From the NCBI GenBank assembly GCA_965231045.1, contig OZ246406.1, forward strand, positions 706,208 through 770,207: a stretch of DNA of 64,000 bases. Direction: 5' to 3'. The position numbers and the translations under genes were made by a program. The notes under the pieces are model-generated. The model ran no database searches and had not been told where the DNA came from. It saw nothing but the letters and a program-made list of their open reading frames with translations. This DNA is from an uncultured Candidatus Saccharibacteria bacterium. Its GTDB lineage: Bacteria; Patescibacteriota; Saccharimonadia; Saccharimonadales; JAGQNJ01. Positions 7,393 through 15,471 of the stretch are shown one piece after another (the first letter of the stretch is position 1; every line of letters starts with the position of its first letter).

Positions 7393-7659
7393 ATGCCCAC
7401 ACCGTTAAATCCATTAGCAGACAATGTCGTTGCCATGGCTGAAGAAGTTTCAAACAAGACAGCCAGCGGTATTTATTTGCCTGATAATGCAACAGAAAAA
7501 CCTAAAACTGCCAAAGTTGTGGCGGTTGGCCCAAGCGTCAGCCAAGTTAAAGTTGGCGATAAGATTATCTACAAAAGCTTCAGTACAACTGAGGTAAAAG
7601 TGAACAAAGAAGAATACATAATTGTTAAGGAAGAAGACGTCCTCGCGACAGTCAAATAG
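7393..7659 (+). CDS. groES: co-chaperonin GroES
   Basis: 88 aa with the typical Cpn10 sequence (GIYLPDNATEKPKTAKVVAVG), directly upstream of groEL. Confidence 0.97.
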   Translation: MPTPLNPLADNVVAMAEEVSNKTASGIYLPDNATEKPKTAKVVAVGPSVSQVKVGDKIIYKSFSTTEVKVNKEEYIIVKEEDVLATVK

Positions 7660-7667
7660 GAGTTAAT

Positions 7668-9323
7668 ATGGCCAAAAATGTTTTTTATGATGAAGATGCT
7701 CGCCGGCGCGTACTCGCTGGTGCGGAAATTTTATACAACGCCGTTAAGACAACTATGGGGCCAAAAGGCCGGAATGTTGTAATCAGCAAAAGCTATGGTG
7801 CACCGACGGTTACCCACGATGGCGTGACTGTTGCAAAAGGTGTTGAGCTGGCTGATCAAGACGGCGATGATGAGACTACCCTAGGCTACAAAGTTGGTGC
7901 AGAGCTTATTAAGCAAGCTGCAAACAAGATGAATGATGTTGCGGGTGACGGGACAACAACTGTAACAGTGTTGACCTATCACATCTTAAACGAAGCCAAT
8001 AAGCTGATTGCTGCCGGGCACAACCCAATGCAACTTCGTAAAGGTCTTGAGGCAGCCGCAACAGATGTACTTAAAAAACTTGGTGGAATGAGTGAAGACA
8101 TTAAGGCTAAGAAAAACCGTGTTGCCGAAGTTGCGACCATCAGTGCTGGTGATAAAGAAATTGGCGACTTGATCGCTGATGTTATCGAAAAAGTTGGTAA
8201 AGATGGAGTTGTAACTGTTGAGGAAGGCCAAAGTCTTGAGCTTGAGAGTGAAGTTGTTGAAGGATTTACCTTTGATCGTGGTTTTGTTAGCCCTTACATG
8301 GTGAGTGATGCTGCCCGAATGGAAGCTGTTTTAGATAAGCCATCAATCATTATTACTGACAAGAAAATCAGCTCAATGCAGGATTTCTTGCCGATACTGG
8401 AACAAATGGCTAACGCTGGCAAGAAAGATCTGCTAGTTATTGCCGAGGATATCGAAGGCGAAGTGCTGGGTACATTGATTCTCAACAAACTGAAAGGCGT
8501 ACTTAATGTCGTTGCTGTTAAAGCTCCAGCTTTTGGTGATCGTCGTAAAGAAATCCTTGAGGACATTGCTATCCTAACTGGCGGTAGTGTCATCAGTGAA
8601 GATACAGGTGATACATTCGAAAGTGCCGATATGAGCGTCATAGGAACTGCTCGAAAGGTAATCGTTACCAAGGATGAGACTACGATCATCGAAGGCGAGG
8701 GTTCACCTAGAGAAGTTAAAGCTCGAATCGCCCAAATTGCTGCTCAGGCCGATGCTGCTGCTAGTGAGTATGACAAAGAAAACTACGACAAACGTCGTGC
8801 AGCATTGCAGGGCAAGGTTGCGGTTATCAAAGTTGGAGGCGCCACCGAGACAGAAATTGAAGAAAAGAAGTTCCGTGTTGATGACGCTGTAGCTGCCGTA
8901 AAAGCCGCCTTAGATGAGGGTATTGTACCTGGTGGTGGTGCAACATTGGTTGTACTAGCCAGTGGTATCAAAGACGATACGACTAATGCTCTAGGTGCGG
9001 GCGCTGTTCTTCTGAAACAAGCATTATTGCAGCCGTTCTTGCAACTTATGGCCAATGCCGGTCTTAATGGTGATGCTCTGCTTGATAAAGTTCAGGCTGC
9101 CAAAGCAGGCCAGGGTGTTGACGTGAACACCGGCAAGTTGGTTGATCTTAAGTCCAGCGGTATTATCGACCCAACTCGTGTCACTAAAGAAGCTATTCAG
9201 AACGCTGTTAGCATTGCTGGTACAGCCATGACAATGGGTGCACTTGTTGTTGATGAGCCAGAGCCAGAATCAGCCGGAGCCATGGGCGGTGGTATGCCTG
9301 GTGGCGGCATGATGGGCATGTAA
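7668..9323 (+). CDS. groEL: chaperonin GroEL
   Basis: GPKGRNVV, AGDGTTTVTVL and a C-terminal GGMPGGGMMGM tail. Confidence 0.98.
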   Translation: MAKNVFYDEDARRRVLAGAEILYNAVKTTMGPKGRNVVISKSYGAPTVTHDGVTVAKGVELADQDGDDETTLGYKVGAELIKQAANKMNDVAGDGTTTVTVLTYHILNEANKLIAAGHNPMQLRKGLEAAATDVLKKLGGMSEDIKAKKNRVAEVATISAGDKEIGDLIADVIEKVGKDGVVTVEEGQSLELESEVVEGFTFDRGFVSPYMVSDAARMEAVLDKPSIIITDKKISSMQDFLPILEQMANAGKKDLLVIAEDIEGEVLGTLILNKLKGVLNVVAVKAPAFGDRRKEILEDIAILTGGSVISEDTGDTFESADMSVIGTARKVIVTKDETTIIEGEGSPREVKARIAQIAAQADAAASEYDKENYDKRRAALQGKVAVIKVGGATETEIEEKKFRVDDAVAAVKAALDEGIVPGGGATLVVLASGIKDDTTNALGAGAVLLKQALLQPFLQLMANAGLNGDALLDKVQAAKAGQGVDVNTGKLVDLKSSGIIDPTRVTKEAIQNAVSIAGTAMTMGALVVDEPEPESAGAMGGGMPGGGMMGM

Positions 9324-9429
9324 GGTCAGCTAAGCCTCACTGCTCTTTTTCCAAGATAGTGTTGTTTTTCACAGATGATTGCGAAAAGCGCTAATTTGTA
9401 CTATGATTAGTATAAATTAGGAGTGTGTT

Positions 9430-9999
9430 ATGGGAATTTGGCCTTTCAATCGTAAAAAAGCAGACGATGCTTTTGATGAATCACAAGATTTAGACTCACA
9501 AAAACCTTCTAGCAATTTGCCAGATGAGGTAAAAGAGTACTACGAAACCGGCAACAAGGAACGTGTTGGCATGGCTTGGCTGCTTGGTATCGGCACACTA
9601 TTATTAACACTGGTTTTAGCGGCTGGGATTTTCTTTGGGGGCCGTTGGGTATACCGTAAGGTTACCCATAAAGATAATACTGCTACTACTGCTCAGATAA
9701 GCGACAACTCTGATAAGAATAAAGCCTCAACTAATACCAAAAGCAATACAAATAATGGTTCAAATCAGAATAGTAGCTCAAATTCAGGAACAACTACCCA
9801 GAGTAATCCTGCTCCTACAAGCCCAGCACCACAAACACCTACTCCAGCTCCAAGCCCTTCTTCAACTCCAGCTCAACAAACTCCGTCTGCATCAAAAACC
9901 CCTAACACCGGCCCCGGGAACATCTTTGCAATTGCTGCCATTGCTGCAATTGCTGGCAGTATCGGTTACTATGCCGTACAACTTGTACGCGAGAATTAG
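9430..9999 (+). CDS. membrane protein with an S/T/N/P-rich low-complexity stalk and a C-terminal TM segment
   Basis: SD AGGAG. N-terminal TM (WLLGIGTLLLTLVLAAGIFFGG), a long STNP-rich region, and a C-terminal ...TPNTGPGNIFAIAAIAAIAGSIGYYAV-QLVREN. Confidence 0.6.
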   Translation: MGIWPFNRKKADDAFDESQDLDSQKPSSNLPDEVKEYYETGNKERVGMAWLLGIGTLLLTLVLAAGIFFGGRWVYRKVTHKDNTATTAQISDNSDKNKASTNTKSNTNNGSNQNSSSNSGTTTQSNPAPTSPAPQTPTPAPSPSSTPAQQTPSASKTPNTGPGNIFAIAAIAAIAGSIGYYAVQLVREN

Positions 10000-10502
10000 T
10001 CTTTCTTAGGCTGGGTGAAGTAGTTGATTTCGTTGATTATATCGAGCAAGGCTTGAGCACGAGCTTTATCATCGGATATTTCTTTGGCTGCAGCAAAAGC
10101 CTCACCTATAAGTGTTTTATCGTCGGTTGCTTGAATCATCATCATGGTTGTTTTGAACTTTTCTTCAGGGGTTTGTTCGAGGTGGCTTACAAGTGGAGAG
10201 AGTTGTTGTAATGCCTCACGCTTTATATCTAGCAATTCATTACTACTAGTATCATTATCGGTTTCCGGGAAGTCACTGGCTGCTGGCGCTGTCTCGGCTT
10301 CGTCGGAGTCGTCACCATCTTGATTCACTTCAGTGCCACTTTCTACTCCAATATCGGTTGGGTCATCTGCTGATTTGTCATCAGAATCATCATTACTGGT
10401 TGAGTCGTCGTTTACACCTAGCAAACCTTCATTAACAGGCTGAGTACTTGGTTGTACTACATCTTCATCTTTATCATCATCGTGTTTATCGTGTCCAAAC
10501 AT
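9996..10502 (-). CDS. hypothetical highly acidic protein
   Basis: 168-aa ORF with SD AGGGGGAG upstream. The N-terminal half is D/E/S-rich and looks disordered. The C-terminal half is predicted helical. Confidence 0.55.
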   Translation of the reverse strand: MFGHDKHDDDKDEDVVQPSTQPVNEGLLGVNDDSTSNDDSDDKSADDPTDIGVESGTEVNQDGDDSDEAETAPAASDFPETDNDTSSNELLDIKREALQQLSPLVSHLEQTPEEKFKTTMMMIQATDDKTLIGEAFAAAKEISDDKARAQALLDIINEINYFTQPKKD

Positions 10503-10589
10503 CCGCTCCCCCTAAGCATTAGCACAATATATTCGATTGAAACTATAGCACAAATGCTCACGCTCGATAAGGGTCAATGATATTATTGG

Positions 10590-11105
10590 ATGATGGAGAG
10601 AACATATTGCCACAATTGCGGGAGTAAATTAGACAAACAAGAAGATTATATTTGGCGTTGCGATAGTTGCGAACAAACTTATTATGCCAATCCAAAACCA
10701 TGCGTAGAGCTGGCAATTTTTAACGATAAGGGTGAAGTATTATTAGCCGAAAGAGCTCACGAACCTTGGAAAGGTAAGTACGACATGCCGGGTGGTTTTA
10801 TTGATATTGGTGAAAGAGCTGAAGCGGCCGTGTTACGCGAACTCAAAGAAGAGCTTGATCTAGATGCAGACGCGGTTACAAAGCCCAAGTTCTTAAGAAC
10901 TTATCTAGGTGATTATGTGTGGGGTAAGGAAACTTACAAAAACATCATTTTACTTTTTGTCTCACGCTTAAAATCCGATCGAGAAATATTGGCTCAAGAT
11001 GATGTCGCCAGTACTAAGTGGATCTCACCCGATGATATCAATCGTGAAGACTTATCATTACAGGAGCTTTATGACTACATTCAAGAAGCGCGTGCTGCTC
11101 TCTAA
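10590..11105 (+). CDS. Nudix hydrolase with N-terminal zinc ribbon (NudC-like architecture)
   Basis: CHNCGSKL...CDSCEQ zinc ribbon. Nudix box GGFIDIGERAEAAVLRELKEELDL. The canonical NudC SQPWPFP motif is not seen. The second ATG (10593) sits 6 nt after TGaTATTAT. Confidence 0.85.
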   Translation: MMERTYCHNCGSKLDKQEDYIWRCDSCEQTYYANPKPCVELAIFNDKGEVLLAERAHEPWKGKYDMPGGFIDIGERAEAAVLRELKEELDLDADAVTKPKFLRTYLGDYVWGKETYKNIILLFVSRLKSDREILAQDDVASTKWISPDDINREDLSLQELYDYIQEARAAL

Positions 11106-11147
11106 CTTGCTATACTAAACGTATAACAAATAGCAGGGGAGAACCGT

Positions 11148-12173
11148 GTGTTAGATGATCTGAAGTATATCCACCAAAAAGATCCCGAGGACGCCTTGGG
11201 AGTAGTTGGCAAGCAATGGCAACAGTTGCAGTACAAATACAATGTTGATGTAAGTCGTTTTAAAGATATCAAAAACATAGTTCTTGCTGGGATGGGCGGT
11301 TCAGCACTGCCTGCTGTCTTTTTGAAATCATGGCCAGGCACAACTGTGCCCTTTGAAATCGTTCGTGATTATGAACTTCCAGAATATGCCGACGGGAACA
11401 CTTTATTTATCTCGTCCAGTCATTCTGGAAACACCGAGGAAACATTATCTGCGCTTGAAGCTGCCGAAAAATGTGGTGCCCAAATCGCTGTAATTTGTGC
11501 TGGTGGCAAACTAGCCGAAAAAGCAGCCGCTAAAAGTTATCCAACTTTTACCATACCCGGGGGCATTCAGCCCAGAATGTCATCATTTTACTTTTTAGCA
11601 GCTTTTGTTCAGCTGCTTGAACCGCTTGGACTGATTCCTAGAGGTGCGGCCGATGAGATGGCTGATGTAGCCGACTGGCTAAAAGATCAAAATGAGTGGC
11701 AAGTTGATGTGCCAGTTAGCAGTAATAGCGCCAAACAACTAGCTTTGGACTTGGTTGGTAAGTCAGTTGTGGTTTATAGCGGGCCAAAATTATTCCCAGC
11801 GGCCAACAAGTTCAAGATCTGCATTAATGAAAACGCAAAAAACGTAGCTTGGGTCAATCAATATCCTGAATTTAACCATAATGAGTTTATCGGTTGGAGC
11901 AGTCATCCGGTTGATAAACCATACGCAGTTGTAGAAATCCGATCAGAGCTTGAGCATCCAAGGGTACAAAAACGCTTTGAGGTTACTGAACGCCTACTAT
12001 CTGGTAAGCGTCCAGCTCCAAAAGTTATTAAGCCCAAGGGAGAGAGCTTACTGCAACAACTGCTTTGGTCAGCAAATTTCTGTGACTACACCAGTTTGTA
12101 TTTGTCATTGTTAAACGGGCTTGACCCAACGCCGGTGGATTTAGTGGAGAAGCTAAAAAAAGACCTAGGATAG
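11148..12173 (+). CDS. bifunctional phosphoglucose/phosphomannose isomerase-like SIS protein
   Basis: GMGGSALPA and SSSHSGNTEETL (SIS domain). Its size of 341 aa is typical of PGI/PMI. GTG start with SD AGGGGAGA. Confidence 0.78.
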   Translation: MLDDLKYIHQKDPEDALGVVGKQWQQLQYKYNVDVSRFKDIKNIVLAGMGGSALPAVFLKSWPGTTVPFEIVRDYELPEYADGNTLFISSSHSGNTEETLSALEAAEKCGAQIAVICAGGKLAEKAAAKSYPTFTIPGGIQPRMSSFYFLAAFVQLLEPLGLIPRGAADEMADVADWLKDQNEWQVDVPVSSNSAKQLALDLVGKSVVVYSGPKLFPAANKFKICINENAKNVAWVNQYPEFNHNEFIGWSSHPVDKPYAVVEIRSELEHPRVQKRFEVTERLLSGKRPAPKVIKPKGESLLQQLLWSANFCDYTSLYLSLLNGLDPTPVDLVEKLKKDLG

Positions 12174-12176
12174 CAT

Positions 12177-12890
12177 GTGGTTTGTAATGACGATGATGTA
12201 AAGCAACTAGGTGCAATACTGGCGGTTTTTGCTCACCCTGACGATGAGACGTATACAGCAGGCGGTTTACTAGCCACTGCCGCAAAAAATGGACAACGAG
12301 TATTGTGCGTAACCGCCACCAAGGGTGAGGCAGGGGTGCAAGATCCTAATAAGTGGCCAACACAACGGCTTGGAGAAATTCGTGAGAAGGAATTGAAAGA
12401 TTCTTTGGATATTCTTGGCTTAAAGCAGCACCAATGGCTTGGTTATAAAGATGGTGATTGCGAGAATGTTAATGAAACAGAAGCGGTTGAGAAAATTAGC
12501 CAAATTATTACTGATTTTAAACCAGACACTATTCTAACTTTTGGCCCGGATGGTATGACTGGCCACAATGACCATTGCACTGTATCAAAATGGGTTGATA
12601 AAGCGGCGACTAAGATCAATGTTTACCATGTGGTTATAACCCATGACCATTATGACCAATACTTCAAGGAAGCCGACAAGCTTATGAACATCTTTTTTAA
12701 CACCGATGCGCCACCAGTGGTTTCAGAATCAGAGTGCGAAATATGTTTTGATCTATCCAAAGAACTTTGTTTAACGAAGATGAAAGCTTTGCAAGCCATG
12801 CCATCACAAACTAGTGGATTATTTGAAAAATTTGATGAGGAGTTCATCTTAAAAATGCTCGAACGCGAAGCTTTTGTTCGATCTAAATAG
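12177..12890 (+). CDS. PIG-L/LmbE family N-acetylglucosaminyl deacetylase
   Basis: ILAVFAHPDDETYTAGGLL, CVTATKGEAG and GHNDH. It starts 4 nt after the PGI/PMI stop. Confidence 0.85.
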   Translation: MVCNDDDVKQLGAILAVFAHPDDETYTAGGLLATAAKNGQRVLCVTATKGEAGVQDPNKWPTQRLGEIREKELKDSLDILGLKQHQWLGYKDGDCENVNETEAVEKISQIITDFKPDTILTFGPDGMTGHNDHCTVSKWVDKAATKINVYHVVITHDHYDQYFKEADKLMNIFFNTDAPPVVSESECEICFDLSKELCLTKMKALQAMPSQTSGLFEKFDEEFILKMLEREAFVRSK

Positions 12891-13464
12891 GTTTGTCACG
12901 AACACCAAGTTTGTAGCCAATCGCAACACTAATTAAGTGAATGGCGAACCAAACGACTAAGACAAGTAAATAAAACTGCCAACGAAAAACGACTACGAAA
13001 AGACTGAATAAAAGTCCACCAATGATATAGTCGATCTGGTCAAAAGGGAACCAGCTTTGACCAGCTTCTCGTCCAATCTGTCTTTTGAAGAAGCTCTCTA
13101 CGGCATCACCAAATAAAGCTCCAGCACCAAGGAGTGGGCCTAGCCACAAATAGCTGTTGAGAAGTGAATCGTGGAGTGTGAAGATATTTATGCCCCAACC
13201 AATGAGATGATATGAAAAAATACCCGTATACCAAAGCAGATAAGATATTAATACGGTCAGAGATGATACCAAAACCCCAAAACAAAAACCGCGCCAGGTT
13301 TTATTATCGCCAAAAATGCGTTTACCATTGATAGTCTTACCGAAATCCATAGGTGTATCCCACTTTTTTAAGCCAGGAATTTTAGCAGCAAACACTGGGG
13401 TCGCATTTGCCAGCCCTGCTGGCAGGAAAAACCAGATTGCTATGAAAATATATTGCAAAATCAT
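12883..13464 (-). CDS. CarS family protein (CDP-archaeol synthase / DUF46-like CTP-transferase)
   Basis: PMDFGKTINGKRIFGDNKTWRGF and GALFGDAVESFFKRQIGREAGQSWFPFDQIDY closely parallel archaeal CarS motifs as I recall them (PIDFG..G.RILGDGKTWRG; GDL..SFIKRR....G......DQ.D). About 5 TM segments. Confidence 0.8.
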   Translation of the reverse strand: MILQYIFIAIWFFLPAGLANATPVFAAKIPGLKKWDTPMDFGKTINGKRIFGDNKTWRGFCFGVLVSSLTVLISYLLWYTGIFSYHLIGWGINIFTLHDSLLNSYLWLGPLLGAGALFGDAVESFFKRQIGREAGQSWFPFDQIDYIIGGLLFSLFVVVFRWQFYLLVLVVWFAIHLISVAIGYKLGVRDKPI

Positions 13465-14108
13465 TTCTTAAATTTATTTCGTAACCGGTTAATCTTTGGA
13501 TACAGTAGGGTTCTAAGCGGTGGACGCTGCATACTGTAATGACCTTCCATAACTAATGTGGCTAAGGTTTTATTATCCGGCTCGGCTTTTATTATAGTAT
13601 AAGCACTACCCAAACCCTTGGCTCCATGTGCATCACTAGCTGCAGCATAAGGTTTTTCGTTTAGTCGTGCCCAGGTAGTTGCTTGAGGGCCACGATTCTG
13701 CGCGAAAGCTCGGCCATTATAAACCTCAACAATATCTATAGAATCTTTAATTGAATCAAGGTCGTTCATTGACAGACCTTTACGAACGGTTTCAAGGGGG
13801 TGGGGTATGTAGACTACGCCACCTTGCTTTTTTATCTGTTCGACAGTGTCAATCAACGCCATTCCAGGGTCTACAACTTTTTTTAGAAAGAGGCCTATGA
13901 CCTCACCTTGGGCAGTCAGAATTTCTTCGCCAACAATGATTTTGCTGCCAAGCGCTTGTTTAAGTTCAAGTGCTCTGTCGATGGTGTTGTGATCGGTTAT
14001 AGCGATGTAATCAAGTAATCCGTGGTCAATGGCCCGCACATATTGATCGACAGTAATGCCCCCGTCTTTTGAGGCATCGGAATGGGTATGCAGATCGATC
14101 TTAAACAT
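13461..14108 (-). CDS. PHP-domain phosphoesterase (COG0613/TrpH-YciV-like)
   Basis: IDLHTHSDASKDG, IAITDHNT, IPHP and ASDAHG metal-ligand motifs, plus a basic C-terminal tail RLRNKFKK. I chose ATG 14108 (MFKIDLHTHS). The track's longer N-terminus lies within the upstream gene. Confidence 0.85.
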   Translation of the reverse strand: MFKIDLHTHSDASKDGGITVDQYVRAIDHGLLDYIAITDHNTIDRALELKQALGSKIIVGEEILTAQGEVIGLFLKKVVDPGMALIDTVEQIKKQGGVVYIPHPLETVRKGLSMNDLDSIKDSIDIVEVYNGRAFAQNRGPQATTWARLNEKPYAAASDAHGAKGLGSAYTIIKAEPDNKTLATLVMEGHYSMQRPPLRTLLYPKINRLRNKFKK

Positions 14109-14733
14109 TCTTAAGTCTCCTGGTGATGAAAATGAGGCGATAGATTGCTGTGCACCAGCTAAGAATGCCAATAACAACCATTGCAAGTGGTAGGCGATCA
14201 CTAAGAAGGGCTATAAAAATTATAAACATTCTAACTTCAAACCTCAGTAAGCCACCACGAAATGTTTTGTTAACCTTATGACTTGGGTTACTTTGACTCA
14301 TTGCTACATCACCCTGGGCGTTAAGGTAGCTTGTGAGCATTGACCCCCCCAGTGCAACAATTGCCCAAACCGTAAACCATGAAAGATTTTGCGAAATTAG
14401 ATAATAGACAATTCCACCGTAGAGAAAAACTTCTTTCATTCGATCGGTTGCCGAATCCAAAAACATTCCAATACTACTGGTGCGCTTTTGAAGCCGTGCC
14501 AGTTCGCCGTCAAGGGTATCGAATAAGCCGAAAATTACTAATAATATGGCCGCCAAAGGCAATTTACCAACGGCAATAAAGTAGGCAATAGGCAAGTGGG
14601 CAAGCAAACCTACGATTGTCACCACATTTGGCGAAAGTTTGCCGCCACTTAGGGCGTTAAGTGCACGAGCAAATACTCTCATAATTGCCCGCACCCCATC
14701 CCGGACTTTGTCCAGTACTTGGTTCATGCTCAT
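14101..14733 (-). CDS. CDP-alcohol phosphatidyltransferase, PIP-synthase/AIP-synthase-like subfamily
   Basis: FDTLDGELARLQKRTSSIGMFLDSATDRMKE matches D-x2-DG-x2-AR-x8-G-x3-D-x3-D. KLSPNVVTIVG and SYLNAQ...GGLLRFEVRMFII resemble mycobacterial PgsA1 (PIPS) more than PgsA. The start is ATG 14733 or 14727, the latter 6 nt after TATACT. Confidence 0.88.
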   Translation of the reverse strand: MSMNQVLDKVRDGVRAIMRVFARALNALSGGKLSPNVVTIVGLLAHLPIAYFIAVGKLPLAAILLVIFGLFDTLDGELARLQKRTSSIGMFLDSATDRMKEVFLYGGIVYYLISQNLSWFTVWAIVALGGSMLTSYLNAQGDVAMSQSNPSHKVNKTFRGGLLRFEVRMFIIFIALLSDRLPLAMVVIGILSWCTAIYRLIFITRRLKNV

Positions 14734-14768
14734 AGTATACAGGAGTTTATAGAGGTATAATAACCTTA

Positions 14769-15449
14769 ATGCGGAAGATACAATCCCAGCAAACACTCAA
14801 GGTATTACTTGTACTTTGTGTTTCAACAGCTGTAAGTGCTGGATTATTTTTGGCCAGAGTACTATTTACGGGTACGGTTCAGTATTGGTTCATGTTTTGG
14901 AATCTGTTTTTGGCCTGGATACCAGTCCTGCTAGCTTTTTGGCTCAGGAATAGATTAACTAAAACTCGCTGGTTGAGTTGGCAAAATATTCTAATTACAT
15001 TGTTATGGTTGAGCTTTTTGCCGAACAGTTTTTATTTGATTAGTGATCTTGTGCACTTACAAGGCAGGGCAAATGAAATCTTGCAGCTCTATGATGTGGC
15101 CATGATGGTATCAATAATCGCCAATGGCTTAATCTTGGGCTACATGAGTTTATACGTTATACATCAAGAGCTACTTAAACGTCTAAATAGTAAATTGGCG
15201 AATACAATAATTGGATTAATTCTATTGAGTTGTGGTTTTGCAATATATCTTGGGCGTTACTTGCGGTGGAATACGTGGGACGTTTTGCTAAACCCTGCGG
15301 CTTTGCTCTTTGATATCTCGGAAAGATTAATTCACCCTGTTTTACATATTGAAACCTACACCATTACGTTTACATTCTTTATTCTTATTGCCAGCATTTA
15401 TGCGGTTGGTTTTGAGCTGGCCTATCTTTTCAAGAACAATAACAACTAA
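14769..15449 (+). CDS. integral membrane protein (DUF1361-like)
   Basis: Multi-TM protein with WNLFLAWIPVLLAF, FLPNSFYLISDLVHL and RWNTWDV. TATAAT (14756-14761) ends 7 nt before the ATG. Confidence 0.6.
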   Translation: MRKIQSQQTLKVLLVLCVSTAVSAGLFLARVLFTGTVQYWFMFWNLFLAWIPVLLAFWLRNRLTKTRWLSWQNILITLLWLSFLPNSFYLISDLVHLQGRANEILQLYDVAMMVSIIANGLILGYMSLYVIHQELLKRLNSKLANTIIGLILLSCGFAIYLGRYLRWNTWDVLLNPAALLFDISERLIHPVLHIETYTITFTFFILIASIYAVGFELAYLFKNNNN

Positions 15450-15471
15450 TTCTGCTATACTTACATCTGTT

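Noticed and set aside
9880-9999. C-terminus of ORF 9430 (..KTPNTGPG, then a hydrophobic stretch, then QLVREN) as a third sortase substrate.
   Set aside because: The motif is TPNTG, with no Leu/Ala at positions 1-2. The tail has only one basic residue, and the protein has an N-terminal TM anchor rather than a clear signal peptide. It is mentioned in the feature evidence only.
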